From Acidobacteriota bacterium (lineage in GTDB: Bacteria > Acidobacteriota > UBA6911), in NCBI GenBank assembly GCA_963664705.1, contig OY761556.1, positions 4,032,001 through 4,096,000 on the forward strand: DNA of 64,000 nt. Reading direction: 5' to 3'. Position numbers and translations under genes: made by a program. The notes beneath the pieces are model-generated. The model did no database searches. It saw only the letters and a program-made list of their open reading frames with translations, and had not been told where the DNA came from. Shown in pieces: positions 10,616 to 20,616 of this stretch. Within the stretch, counting starts at the first letter, position 1. Each line of letters starts with the position of its first letter.

Positions 10616-12526
10616 ATGTTCGTACGCAAAAAACCAATCCTGATTACTTGTCTGATTCTCTTCCCGTGGATAGCCTCCGCCCAAACAGAGGCGGATCGTG
10701 GATCGCTTTGGGAGCGATGGCATCGCTCCTATGAAGCCAGGGAGGCCCCGCCGGTTTCTTTTGAGAATTCCTCACGCATTGAAGGGCTTATCAGCAAAGG
10801 CAAACTGACCCTTTCGCTGGAAGATGCCATTGAGCTCGCGCTTGAGAACAATCTCGATGTGGAACTGCAGCGCTTTAACCGATCCATTGCATCGACAGAC
10901 CTGCTGCGGACCAACGGAGGAGGAACACTGCGTGGATTCTCATTTTCCATCAATGAAATTCCGGCAGGAGTGGGAGGCCCTTCCAGCCCGATATTGAATC
11001 TGCCGGCAACGGGTTCTCCTTCTTCAAGCGCAGTTTCCACGAGCATACCCGAAATCAGCTCCATTATTGCCTCATCATCCAGTGCGGTCATTACAGGATC
11101 GATACCGTTGTCCAGCGGCCCGGCCATTCCGAATTTCGAGCCGACTCTATCGGGAGCCTTAAACTTTCAACACCAGAATACGGCTCAAACCAGCCTGGCT
11201 GTAAGTGGCAGTGATATGCTGACCGGCCGTTCTTCGTCGGGCAACATGGGATTTCAGAAGGCCTTCTCCACGGGAGCTTTGTTCAGCGCGGCATATAACG
11301 TGAACTCCGTGAAGAACAACTCGATGAATACCTTCTATAATCCATTCACTCTATCCAATTTCTCCGTGAACCTTTCGCAACCGCTGCTGCGCGGATTCGG
11401 AAGCGAGGTTAACCGACGTTTTGTCCGCATCGCAAAAAACAATCAATCGGTCAGTGATCTTGTATTCAAGCAGCAGGTGATTGCAACAGTGGCCGGCGTC
11501 ATCCGTTTATATTTCGATCTTGTAACACTTCAGGAAGACGTCCAGGTCAAACGTCAGACGCTGGAACTCGTCCAGAAGCTGTATAGCGACAACCAAGCCA
11601 AAGTGGATCAGGGGGTATTGGCTCCCATTGAATTGGTGCGCGCGCAGGCACAGATGGCCTCAAGCCGTCAGGACCTGGCAAATTCGGAAGGATTTGAACT
11701 GCAGCAGGAGTTGGTCCTCAAGAATGTTCTTACGCGCCGCGGGACAGCGGATTCATCGATCCGGGATGCCAGCATCGTCCCGACAACAGCAATCGCAATC
11801 CCTGCCCGAGAGGATACCCAGCCGATTCAGGAGATGATATCTATCGCCTATAAAAATCGCCCTGAATTGCGCGAAGGGCAATTACAGCTGGAAAATTCCG
11901 AAATTGCGCTCAAAGGAGCCAAAAGCGCGCTGCGTCCGCAACTCGACCTGGTTTTCTCGGCCCAGAACGCCAGTCTCGCCGGCTATGCAAATCCAAGGTG
12001 GCCGGGCGCGGCCTTCAGCGATACATCCGGGCTGGGAGGATTGGGGACATCATTCCTGAATCTGCTCCAATCCGCAAAACCAAGCTATGGGGTTGGACTG
12101 CAGCTCAGCCTCCCCCTTCATAACAGCATCGCCGAAGCCGATTATGCCCGTGATGCGATTCAGTTCCGCCAGACACAGATTCGTTTTCAGCAGCTTCAAA
12201 ATCAGGTCCGCGCAGAGGTTGAATCCGCTCTCATCGCCGTAAATCGCTCGCGCGGCGCCTATGATGCCGCAGTGGAAGCACGGAAGCTCCAGGAACAGTC
12301 TTTGAAGATCGAGACGGAGAAGTATGAAAATGGAGTCTCCACAAACCTTCTTGTCATGCAGTACCAGAGCTACCTGGCGCAGGCACGCTCGACTGAAGTC
12401 GCTGCCAGGAGCGTGTATGCCAAGGCCAAAACATCTCTGGAGCGGGCTCTCGGCCTGACACTGGATTCCCACAACATTTCTCTCGACGAGACTCGTCAAA
12501 ATCGTTCCGGAGAAAAGATAAAATAG
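10616..12526 (+). CDS. TolC-family outer-membrane efflux protein
   Basis: Signal peptide; motifs LSLEDAIELALENN, LSQPLLRGFG, RPELR, EKYENGVST. Third gene of the RND operon. Confidence 0.9.
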   Translation: MFVRKKPILITCLILFPWIASAQTEADRGSLWERWHRSYEAREAPPVSFENSSRIEGLISKGKLTLSLEDAIELALENNLDVELQRFNRSIASTDLLRTNGGGTLRGFSFSINEIPAGVGGPSSPILNLPATGSPSSSAVSTSIPEISSIIASSSSAVITGSIPLSSGPAIPNFEPTLSGALNFQHQNTAQTSLAVSGSDMLTGRSSSGNMGFQKAFSTGALFSAAYNVNSVKNNSMNTFYNPFTLSNFSVNLSQPLLRGFGSEVNRRFVRIAKNNQSVSDLVFKQQVIATVAGVIRLYFDLVTLQEDVQVKRQTLELVQKLYSDNQAKVDQGVLAPIELVRAQAQMASSRQDLANSEGFELQQELVLKNVLTRRGTADSSIRDASIVPTTAIAIPAREDTQPIQEMISIAYKNRPELREGQLQLENSEIALKGAKSALRPQLDLVFSAQNASLAGYANPRWPGAAFSDTSGLGGLGTSFLNLLQSAKPSYGVGLQLSLPLHNSIAEADYARDAIQFRQTQIRFQQLQNQVRAEVESALIAVNRSRGAYDAAVEARKLQEQSLKIETEKYENGVSTNLLVMQYQSYLAQARSTEVAARSVYAKAKTSLERALGLTLDSHNISLDETRQNRSGEKIK

Positions 12527-12540
12527 GTACTATTTGCGGC

Positions 12541-13869
12541 ATGGGGGAACAGGATCCGCGCTTATCCAGGACTTTTCACATACTGGCCAAACCGGCCGGA
12601 CCAATCTGTGATCTGAACTGCAGTTATTGCTACTATCTCGAGAAGGAAAAACTCTATCCCGGTAAGCTGCAACTGCGCGACTGGCGCATGCCGGAAGATG
12701 TGTTGGAAAGCTACATCCGTCAATACATCGAATCGCAACCGGGCACAACCATCAGTTTTGCCTGGCAGGGCGGAGAGCCAACCCTCCTGGGAGTGGATTA
12801 CTTTCGCCGCATTGTGGCGCTTCAACAAAAATATGCCAATGGCAGACAAATCGAAAACACACTCCAGACAAACGGCGTTCTGCTGGATGATCGCTGGGGA
12901 GAGTTTCTCGCCCGCAACAGCTTCCTTGTCGGACTGTCCATCGATGGACCGGCGCAGATTCACAACCGGTATCGCCGGGACAAGGGTGGTGCGGCAACCT
13001 TTGAGAAGGTCCTGCGAGGCCTTGGATACCTCAAGAAAAACGGTGTGGATTTCAACACGCTGACGGTGGTTCAAAAAGACAACTCCCATGCACCGTTGGA
13101 GGTTTACCGTTTTCTGAAGGAGATCGGCAGCAGGTTTATTCAGTTCATACCAGCCGTGGAACGCATTGCCGCTCAGCCGGGGCCGGAAGGCATGTCGCTG
13201 ATACCGCCCGATGCTACTTTACCCGCTTCGGTTTCGGAATGGTCCGTTGAACCATTGCAGTGGGGAGAGTTCTACTGTTCCATTTTTGATGAATGGGTCC
13301 GGAACGACGTCGGGAAAACTTATGTCCAGATTTTTGATGTGGCATTATCCGCATGGTTTGCCACAGAACCGATACTGTGCGTCTTTCAACGCTCCTGCGG
13401 AACAGCACTGGTAGTGGAGCATAACGGCGATCTGTACTCCTGCGATCATTTTGTTTATCCCCGAAATAAGCTGGGCAATATTTTGGACCATTCCATCGCC
13501 GAGCTCGCACACTCGCCGGACCAAATCCGCTTCGGACAGGACAAATCGGAACGATTGCCGGGACAGTGCAAAGAATGCAAATTCCTGTTTGCCTGCAATG
13601 GAGAGTGCCCCAAGCATCGTTTTGTCAAAACAAGTACTGAAGAATACCCTTTGAATTACCTGTGCCCCGGATACAAGCGCTTCTTCGGGCACATAGCCCC
13701 CTATATGGACTACATGGCTGCTGAACTCCGCGAGGAAAGGCCGCCATCCAATGTCATGGCCTGGATCCGCAATCGCGACCGGGGTATTCGTGATGGCAGA
13801 CAAACGGGCAGAAATGATTCCTGTCCGTGCGGTAGTGGCAGAAAATATAAACGCTGCTGCGGCAGGTAG
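12541..13869 (+). CDS. Anaerobic sulfatase maturase (radical SAM/SPASM, AtsB/AslB family) with C-terminal SEC-C motif
   Basis: CDLNCSYC radical SAM motif, WQGGEPTL, SPASM cysteines (YSCDH, CKECKFLFACNGECPK, YLC), and SEC-C GRNDSCPCGSGRKYKRCCG. Confidence 0.93.
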   Translation: MGEQDPRLSRTFHILAKPAGPICDLNCSYCYYLEKEKLYPGKLQLRDWRMPEDVLESYIRQYIESQPGTTISFAWQGGEPTLLGVDYFRRIVALQQKYANGRQIENTLQTNGVLLDDRWGEFLARNSFLVGLSIDGPAQIHNRYRRDKGGAATFEKVLRGLGYLKKNGVDFNTLTVVQKDNSHAPLEVYRFLKEIGSRFIQFIPAVERIAAQPGPEGMSLIPPDATLPASVSEWSVEPLQWGEFYCSIFDEWVRNDVGKTYVQIFDVALSAWFATEPILCVFQRSCGTALVVEHNGDLYSCDHFVYPRNKLGNILDHSIAELAHSPDQIRFGQDKSERLPGQCKECKFLFACNGECPKHRFVKTSTEEYPLNYLCPGYKRFFGHIAPYMDYMAAELREERPPSNVMAWIRNRDRGIRDGRQTGRNDSCPCGSGRKYKRCCGR

Positions 13870-13935
13870 GAAACAACGTGGAAGCGCGGAGGCTCGAAGA
13901 AATACTCCAAGCCTCCGCAAATCGCAAATCCTCAA

Positions 13936-15342
13936 TTACTTCGTTTTTGCGTTATAGTGATCGGCCAATTGGTCCGCAGTCCAGCCCGCAGAGGCGGCTT
14001 TTGGATCCTCCGGCAGCATGGTCGCGTTCCATGCTGCATAATCGGCCGCCAGCCTTTTGTACACTTCAGGCTGCACGTCCTTCAGGTTGGCTCTTTCCAG
14101 CGGATCATCAACGACATTAAACAGAAATGTATTGTTCCCCATCTGGAGCCATTTCATATCTCCATCCCGGACCGCCCGCTGTTCGTTGAATTTGTAACGC
14201 CAGTACAGCTTTCGCCGTACAGGGGCTCCATTCTTGACCAGCACGGGAGCCAGGCTCACACCGTCGGAAGGATAATCCGGATCAGGGCGCGTTCCGGCCA
14301 GCTCAAGCAGCGTCGGCGCCCAGTCCATTGTAATGGCCACCTGGTCGGTAACGCTGCCCGGACGGATATGGCCCGGCCAATGCACCAGCGCAGGGACCCG
14401 CAGCCCGCCTTCCAGCAATTCGGTTTTCATGCCGGTAAAGGGCCAGCGGTCAGAAAAGCGCTCCCCGCCATTGTCACTGGTAAAAATGACGATCGTCCGG
14501 TCCGCTATGCCACTGGATTTCAATGTCTGGATCACACGGCCGATCTGCAAATCCAACTGCCCAACCATCTGCGCATAGGTTTTCTGCGAACCTCCATCCA
14601 GGTGATACAACGAACGCAGATTTTTGGAGACCTCCTCATCCCCAGGCCCTTCCCATGGCCAGTGCGGCGCATTGAAATGCAGGCTGAGGAAGAAAGGCTT
14701 CTTACCTTTTGCATAGTCGCTGATGACCTTTACCGCGCGATCTCCCAACAGATCCGTAAGGTAGCCTTTCGGCTCAATTCTCTGATCGTCGTCCCAGAGA
14801 TCGGTGGGATCTTCCTTCTTCGTACCGAATTTGTGCGAGAAATAATCCACCCCGCCTCCGCGGAACCCCCAGAAATGATCGTAGCCGCATTTCGTCGGAA
14901 GATATTCCGGCGAACTCCCCAAATGCCATTTCCCGATCAGGGTTGTTCCATAGCCGGCCTTTTTCAGAATTGATGGCAGCGTCGGATGCCCTTTCGGAAT
15001 GCCGACCTCTTTCATGCCCAGCGGCTCCTCCAGTCCGACCGGAATCCGGTACTGATACCGGCCCGTAATCAAAGCGGTTCGAGTCGCCGAGCACACGGAT
15101 GAATTGGCATAAGCCTGCGTAAACTTCATCCCCCCGGCAGCCAGCCGATCGAGATTGGGAGTTTTATAGTCGCGCCGACCGTAGCAGGAAAGGTCGGCAT
15201 ACCCCAGATCATCCGCCACGATGAACACAATGTTCGGCGGCGGTTCGGCGGCATTGGCCTGAAGGTTCCTGCTTAATGAAAAAACTACCGGAGCTGCCGC
15301 GGCTTTGAGAACATCCCGCCGCGTAATTGACGACTTGATCAC
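13936..15342 (-). CDS. Formylglycine-dependent sulfatase (S1 family), Tat-exported
   Basis: GTG start after GGAGG; Tat motif TRRDVLK. Also PNIVFIVADDLGYAD, the signature CSATRTALITGR, GKWHLG, FNAPHWP and FTSDNG. Confidence 0.93.
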   Translation of the reverse strand: MIKSSITRRDVLKAAAAPVVFSLSRNLQANAAEPPPNIVFIVADDLGYADLSCYGRRDYKTPNLDRLAAGGMKFTQAYANSSVCSATRTALITGRYQYRIPVGLEEPLGMKEVGIPKGHPTLPSILKKAGYGTTLIGKWHLGSSPEYLPTKCGYDHFWGFRGGGVDYFSHKFGTKKEDPTDLWDDDQRIEPKGYLTDLLGDRAVKVISDYAKGKKPFFLSLHFNAPHWPWEGPGDEEVSKNLRSLYHLDGGSQKTYAQMVGQLDLQIGRVIQTLKSSGIADRTIVIFTSDNGGERFSDRWPFTGMKTELLEGGLRVPALVHWPGHIRPGSVTDQVAITMDWAPTLLELAGTRPDPDYPSDGVSLAPVLVKNGAPVRRKLYWRYKFNEQRAVRDGDMKWLQMGNNTFLFNVVDDPLERANLKDVQPEVYKRLAADYAAWNATMLPEDPKAASAGWTADQLADHYNAKTK

Positions 15343-15412
15343 GATGCCTCCTGTTTGTTTTGCGTTCGATTGTAGTGAAAAAAGGCGGGAATTGCGAGCG
15401 GTGTGTGGAAGG

Positions 15413-15448
15413 AAAAAGCGGGATTTTCGGCTGATATGAAAATCCCGC
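15413..15448 (-). terminator. Rho-independent terminator of leuCD
   Basis: 11-bp stem GCGGGATTTTC / GAAAATCCCGC followed on the minus strand by TTTTT. Confidence 0.8.
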
Positions 15449-15469
15449 CCTTTGATGACTATCGGCCGG

Positions 15470-15964
15470 CTACTTCATCAGCCCCTTCTGCACATACTCC
15501 ATCAAGCCGCCCGCAGCAATCAACTCCTGCATGAAAGGCGGAATCGGCTTTGAAACATATTGGCGATCCAACGTGACATTCTTGATCTGCCCGGTCGCGG
15601 TATCGACGCTCAGCACGTGGCCGGTTTGCGCCTCCGCGATTGCCGAGGGGCACTCCATAATGGTCAGCCCGATGTTGAAGGCGTTGCGATAGAAGATGCG
15701 CGCGTAGCTCTCGGCCACCACACATCCGATCCCCGCAGCTTTGATTGCCAGCGGAGCATGTTCACGGGAAGACCCGCACCCAAAATTCTTGCCCGCAACG
15801 ATAATGTCGCCAGGCTTGGCCTTTGCCGGAAATTCGGGATCCGCATCTTCCATCACATGCGCGGCCAGTTCCTTCGCGTCGCTCGTATTGAGATAACGAG
15901 CCGGGATAATTTCATCGGTGTTGACATCATCGCCGAATTTAAAAATCGTTCCTGTGATTATCAC
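15470..15964 (-). CDS. leuD: 3-isopropylmalate dehydratase small subunit (short LeuD/HacB type)
   Basis: DDVNTDEIIPARYLNT and GKNFGCGSSREHAP. The start overlaps the leuC stop (GTGA). Confidence 0.88.
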   Translation of the reverse strand: MIITGTIFKFGDDVNTDEIIPARYLNTSDAKELAAHVMEDADPEFPAKAKPGDIIVAGKNFGCGSSREHAPLAIKAAGIGCVVAESYARIFYRNAFNIGLTIMECPSAIAEAQTGHVLSVDTATGQIKNVTLDRQYVSKPIPPFMQELIAAGGLMEYVQKGLMK

Positions 15965-17259
15965 TTTTTCACCCCCTGTTTCCAGTCGGCACCGCGAACC
16001 TCTTTCGGCAGCGCCAGGCGTCCTTTGATTGCAGATGCAGCAGCCACAGCCGGCGATGCCAGGTATACCTCACTGCCGACATGCCCCATGCGGCCGACAA
16101 AGTTCCGGTTTGTCGTCGCTACAGCCTTTTCACCCTTGGCCAGAATACCCATATGCCCTCCCAGGCATGGACCGCAGGTGGGCGGCGAGATAATGCACCC
16201 CGCCGCCATAAAAATATCCATGAGGCCTTCCTTCATGGCCTGACGATAAATCAGCGGCGTGGCCGGCATGATGATCGTTCTCACGCGCGGGCTCACTTTC
16301 CTTCCCTTGAGCACCTTGGCAGCCTCGCGCAAATCCTCAATCCGACCGTTGGTGCAGGATCCAATGACCGCCTGATCGAGAATAACCGATTTGGCTTTTG
16401 ATACAGGGACGACATTGGACGGCAGGTGCGGTTTGGCAACAACCGGCTCCATCCCGGTAACGTCAAACTCCTCGATACGCTCGTACTCTGCTTCGGGATC
16501 GGAGACATAGTAGCGCGGCTTGCGCTGTGCTCTCTTTTCCACATAGGCACGGGTAATTTTGTCCGGAGGGATAAGCCCTGTCTTTGCCCCGGCTTCAATC
16601 GCCATGTTGCACATGGTCAGCCTGCCCTCCATCGAGAGCTTATCGATAACCGGTCCGGTAATTTCGAGAATCCGGTAATTGGCCCCTTCAACACCCAAAC
16701 GCCCGATTGCCGTCAGGATCAGATCCTTCGCGGTAACATCCGCAGGCAATTTCCCTTTGAACACAAGCTTGATCGTCGGCGGCACCTTGAACCACGCCTT
16801 GCCGGTCAGCATCGCGGCAGCAAGATCCGTTGACCCCACTCCCGTTCCGAATGCGCCCAGAGCTCCATAGGTACACGTGTGGGAATCCGCACCGATCATC
16901 AGATCGCCCGGCACCACAACCCCCTGTTCGGGCAATAGGGCATGTTCAACGCCGACTTCACCCTGGTCCCAGTAATAAAGCAGCTTCTGCTCATGCGCGA
17001 AATCGCGCACGATCTTCGCCTGCTCGGCGGACTTGATATCCTTGTTGGGTGTAAAGTGATCGGGCACAAGAACAACACGCTTGCGGTCAAAGACCTTCGT
17101 GCCTTTGCTCTCGTAAAAAGCCTGGATGGCCAAAGGCGCCGTCACGTCATTCCCCATGCAAAGATCCAGCTTCGCCAGGATAATGTCGCCCGGACTTACT
17201 GATTTAACCCCGGCTGCATGAGCCAGAATTTTCTCCCCCAACGTCATTGGTCTGGACAT
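15961..17259 (-). CDS. leuC: 3-isopropylmalate dehydratase large subunit (LeuC/HacA type)
   Basis: Aconitase-family motifs PDHF, GVEH, GADSHTCTYGALG, IGSCTNGR, CGPCLGGHMG, TNRNFVGRMG. Confidence 0.9.
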   Translation of the reverse strand: MSRPMTLGEKILAHAAGVKSVSPGDIILAKLDLCMGNDVTAPLAIQAFYESKGTKVFDRKRVVLVPDHFTPNKDIKSAEQAKIVRDFAHEQKLLYYWDQGEVGVEHALLPEQGVVVPGDLMIGADSHTCTYGALGAFGTGVGSTDLAAAMLTGKAWFKVPPTIKLVFKGKLPADVTAKDLILTAIGRLGVEGANYRILEITGPVIDKLSMEGRLTMCNMAIEAGAKTGLIPPDKITRAYVEKRAQRKPRYYVSDPEAEYERIEEFDVTGMEPVVAKPHLPSNVVPVSKAKSVILDQAVIGSCTNGRIEDLREAAKVLKGRKVSPRVRTIIMPATPLIYRQAMKEGLMDIFMAAGCIISPPTCGPCLGGHMGILAKGEKAVATTNRNFVGRMGHVGSEVYLASPAVAAASAIKGRLALPKEVRGADWKQGVKK

Positions 17260-17321
17260 ATTTGATTCTCCTTATAAGTACTGCCGCCGAATACGCCGAA
17301 CTTACCCGCTGTCCGGTACCT

Positions 17322-17894
17322 CTATTTTCTTCCCAACAGCCGCTTTGGCGGCGTAATGATCCAAAAAGCCCGAAGCGGCCTATTCCCCGTATTCCGGATC
17401 TGGTGCGGGGAATCGGCTGAAAAAGAGATGCTGTCTCCCTCTTTGAGGCTATAGATCTGGTTTCCGACCGTGCACTCCGCTTTCCCCTTCACGATCACAC
17501 CCAACTCCTTGCCGATGTGACCATATTCGTCATCTCCACTCTTCCCGCCGGGAGGGATCTCCAGGAAATACGCTTCGATGGCGTGCTCTTCGGAGGTCGG
17601 GAATGTATGCGACAACTGCTCAAATATTACTCCATCGATGACCGCACGTTTTTTTTCACCAGCCCGGACCAGGTTCACGGGGCGGTCTTTCTTGAAGTCC
17701 CTGAAGATAAAATCCAGGTCTATTTCCAGGATATCGATAATTTTGAGCAGCGTATCAATGGCCGGAGAAATCCGGTTCCGCTCGATCTGCGAAATCAGGC
17801 TCTCGGATACGCCCGCCTTCTCGGCCACCTCGCGCATCGTCAGATGCTTGCGCTCCCTGACTTCCCGAATTTTTTCCCCAAACGCATGTTTCAT
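17322..17894 (-). CDS. XRE-family HTH + cupin transcriptional regulator
   Basis: HTH_3 (LTMREVAEKAGVSESLISQIERN) plus cupin (GHIGKELGVIVKG...GDSISFSADSPH). Confidence 0.92.
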   Translation of the reverse strand: MKHAFGEKIREVRERKHLTMREVAEKAGVSESLISQIERNRISPAIDTLLKIIDILEIDLDFIFRDFKKDRPVNLVRAGEKKRAVIDGVIFEQLSHTFPTSEEHAIEAYFLEIPPGGKSGDDEYGHIGKELGVIVKGKAECTVGNQIYSLKEGDSISFSADSPHQIRNTGNRPLRAFWIITPPKRLLGRK

Positions 17895-17910
17895 GGCTGA
17901 ATGCCCGATA

Positions 17911-17943
17911 TTAGTAGAACTAAAGCTTGTTCAGTATAATTGA
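17911..17943. promoter_or_regulatory. Tandem imperfect palindromes, candidate operator of the XRE-cupin regulator
   Basis: TTAGT-AGA-ACTAA (17911-17923) and TCAGT-ATA-ATTGA (17931-17943) start 20 bp apart, just upstream of the regulator start. Confidence 0.55.
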
Positions 17944-18063
17944 AGTTACCAAAAAATCCTAGGGGAGATTTCACATTCCGGATTTCAGTTTCCCGCAATC
18001 CTTCGAACTGGCCTTTTGCGCCGAAATATTGAATGATGGAGATATCAACAAACAAGGTGGCGG

Positions 18064-20277
18064 ATGAAAAATCGAAGCAGGGTTTATGCGCTGTTGATTG
18101 CAGGGGGACTTCTCCTGGGCAGCCTTTGCCTGTATGGCATTGGGCAGCGGGAGCAGTTGACGCCCCTTTCCGAAGCACCGGTTGCGCCTAAGGGGACTGA
18201 AATCGGCGACTTGCTTCGAAAATGGTACGCGAATGGAACGGCGGCCGGGAATACCGGCGACTATTATGACAACAGGGACGGAGGCCATTCCCTTCTGGAC
18301 CTTGCGCCTTACCCACAGCTTCAGAAAGTCGAGTACACTGAGGAGCAAATTAAGGCCCGTCAACACTGGGGCCGGCAGCAGCAGGTTCTCCCATTTGTCG
18401 TTTTCGGCAATTCCTCGACCTCGGCGCCTCCCGAATCGAGTGGAAGCAATGTGCGCAGCTATTACACCGATCCGCGAGGACTCCTCTTTCTGTTTGCCGA
18501 GTATGCCGCAAACAACCTCTACATCTATCCCGAACACATGGATCATGACCCCGGCCACAACGGCTCGGGCGGATACGGGGATCTCCTCCCGACCAACACT
18601 CCTTACCTGATCACCTCTCAGGGCTCTTCAGGAACGGATCAGCCATTCATGAAGGCATTGCCCTACGTCCTGGCAGCTTTCCATCCGGAGGTGAAAAAGA
18701 AACTGATACAGTCCGGCCTGCTGATGCCTACCATCCAAATGATTTTGCGGGTAACCGGCAAACAGTTGTCCGGAACCAAAGACTACCTTACGGGCAAGGC
18801 GCATCCATCAGTCTTTTCGGGAGACTATGTAAACGCTCTTGCAATGGTGGAAATGGCGCATGGCATCACTCTCTCCAATCTCCCCCCCATAGCCGTCATC
18901 CGAGTTGTCAAGGAAGAGGCACCGGTCAATGGAGTGGATTATTTTGAGCCCGGATACACGGAACACCTGGGCGACACGCCGTCGGTTATGGCACGCGTAT
19001 TCCGTGGAGCCGGCAACAGCCGCAAGCTGGTTATAAGCGCCGAAGGCAGTCGGGATGTAAACAAGCGGCCACTCAAATATCACTGGGCCATCCTGCGCGG
19101 CGACTCCAATCGTATCAAGATCGATTATTTGAATACGGAGCAGTCGGTAGCCGAGATAACAATCCCCTACCAGCCCAGGAAACCGATTGGAGATAATCCC
19201 ACATTGGAATCCAACCGCGTTGACATCGGCATTTTTGTTCACAATGGTGTCTACTATTCGCCTCCGGCCTTTCTCACCTACTATTCGCTGGATAATGAAT
19301 CAAGAACCTATCGAGCTGACGGCCAGCCGGTGGATATTGGCTACGGAGCCGGCAGTTGCCAGCTTTCCATAACCAACTGGCTTGGATTTTTCGACCTCCT
19401 CGAACCCGGTGCAAACACCTGGGCCTCCCGCTTTCTGCAAAGTCAGTTCAAGCCCGAGGAACTTGCCGCATTGATCCAGGTGGCCACCGATTTTCGGAAA
19501 CAGCATCAGGCTTTTCTCGATGCCCAGAGCATTCTCGAAAAGACGGATAAGGGGGAGCCGGGAGCCATACAGGCGGCATCCAAGGCGGTGGAGGATGCCA
19601 AACAGGCAGAGTCCCAGATCCTGCAAAGAAAGATCCTAAAATCGAATCTGGCAGCATCGGAATTCATTCAACGTGCTCTCACCGAACTAATGCGGAATCC
19701 CAATCTCTGGCGCACCAATGCCTCCGACCTTGGGACGTCGTATCGGTCCGCGGATATTGAATCCAAAGATGCCTTGGATCAGGTTCGAAAGAAGCTTGTG
19801 CAGTTTGGCGTGGCGGAGAATGTGGAAACACCCCACTTGCGCGTCAAGATGGTTCAGTCCGGCGCGCTGACGGACTTTGAATGGCGACTCCTTCAGGAGT
19901 TCAATGGAACTCTGATAAGCCGATTGATTTTCCCCGGAGTCGTGGAGGTCAAATGGCGGGAGAATTATGTGGATTTTCGGCTGGCAGCAAAAAAGGACTG
20001 GCGCGACATCTATAGCTATTCTCCCAACGGAATCATGACCGGCTGGCGTCGACTCCAACCCGAAGGCGTCACCGAATTTAACTCGGAAGGCGCAATCATC
20101 CTGGAAAAGGATGCGCAGGGGCGGTGTATTCGGGGGCGTGCCGTTCGTTATGAATCGGAGCCGGACAAACGCGACTCCAACGGGCTCGCGCGACGAGTCA
20201 AGCTGATTCCGACCGATACCATCCACACTTACGAATATGCCGGCCCGGACGATTGGAAAGGCCGGGTGCGTCCATGA
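18064..20277 (+). CDS. Hypothetical protein, exported or membrane-anchored (737 aa)
   Basis: Long ORF with an AAGGTGG RBS, an N-terminal hydrophobic segment and motif-like blocks YYDNRDGGHS, FGNSS, YIYPEHMDHDP, SQGSSGTD. No function recognised. Confidence 0.8.
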   Translation: MKNRSRVYALLIAGGLLLGSLCLYGIGQREQLTPLSEAPVAPKGTEIGDLLRKWYANGTAAGNTGDYYDNRDGGHSLLDLAPYPQLQKVEYTEEQIKARQHWGRQQQVLPFVVFGNSSTSAPPESSGSNVRSYYTDPRGLLFLFAEYAANNLYIYPEHMDHDPGHNGSGGYGDLLPTNTPYLITSQGSSGTDQPFMKALPYVLAAFHPEVKKKLIQSGLLMPTIQMILRVTGKQLSGTKDYLTGKAHPSVFSGDYVNALAMVEMAHGITLSNLPPIAVIRVVKEEAPVNGVDYFEPGYTEHLGDTPSVMARVFRGAGNSRKLVISAEGSRDVNKRPLKYHWAILRGDSNRIKIDYLNTEQSVAEITIPYQPRKPIGDNPTLESNRVDIGIFVHNGVYYSPPAFLTYYSLDNESRTYRADGQPVDIGYGAGSCQLSITNWLGFFDLLEPGANTWASRFLQSQFKPEELAALIQVATDFRKQHQAFLDAQSILEKTDKGEPGAIQAASKAVEDAKQAESQILQRKILKSNLAASEFIQRALTELMRNPNLWRTNASDLGTSYRSADIESKDALDQVRKKLVQFGVAENVETPHLRVKMVQSGALTDFEWRLLQEFNGTLISRLIFPGVVEVKWRENYVDFRLAAKKDWRDIYSYSPNGIMTGWRRLQPEGVTEFNSEGAIILEKDAQGRCIRGRAVRYESEPDKRDSNGLARRVKLIPTDTIHTYEYAGPDDWKGRVRP

Positions 20278-20308
20278 TCCCGGGTACCGGATTCAGGACA
20301 CCCGATTG

Positions 20309-20605
20309 TCAGCCGCCGGCTATGGAGCCGATGATCAGAAGCGGTTTCTTTCCCGACACCACATCATTCGGCAACAATACTTCCGGCGGCTCATTCGAGA
20401 AATCCCTTTCGCATGCGTAGAAGCGAATAAATGGACGCCGCTTTTTCGTCACGTGATCGCGAATCGTGCCTCTGAGTACCGGGTAGTGATCCTCGATTGC
20501 ATCCAATGCCGCACTCAATGTCGGCTCTGCATCGAGTTCAAACGACAACATCTCTCCCGTACGAGAAAGCTCTCGCAAATGAAACGGGAGCACCACTTTT
20601 ATCAT
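20309..20605 (-). CDS. MoaD/ThiS-family ubiquitin-like sulfur-carrier protein
   Basis: Beta-grasp pattern (VVLPFHLR...YPVLRGTIRD...RRPFIRFY) ending in IAGG. Confidence 0.88.
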   Translation of the reverse strand: MIKVVLPFHLRELSRTGEMLSFELDAEPTLSAALDAIEDHYPVLRGTIRDHVTKKRRPFIRFYACERDFSNEPPEVLLPNDVVSGKKPLLIIGSIAGG

Positions 20606-20616
20606 CGCATCCCCTC

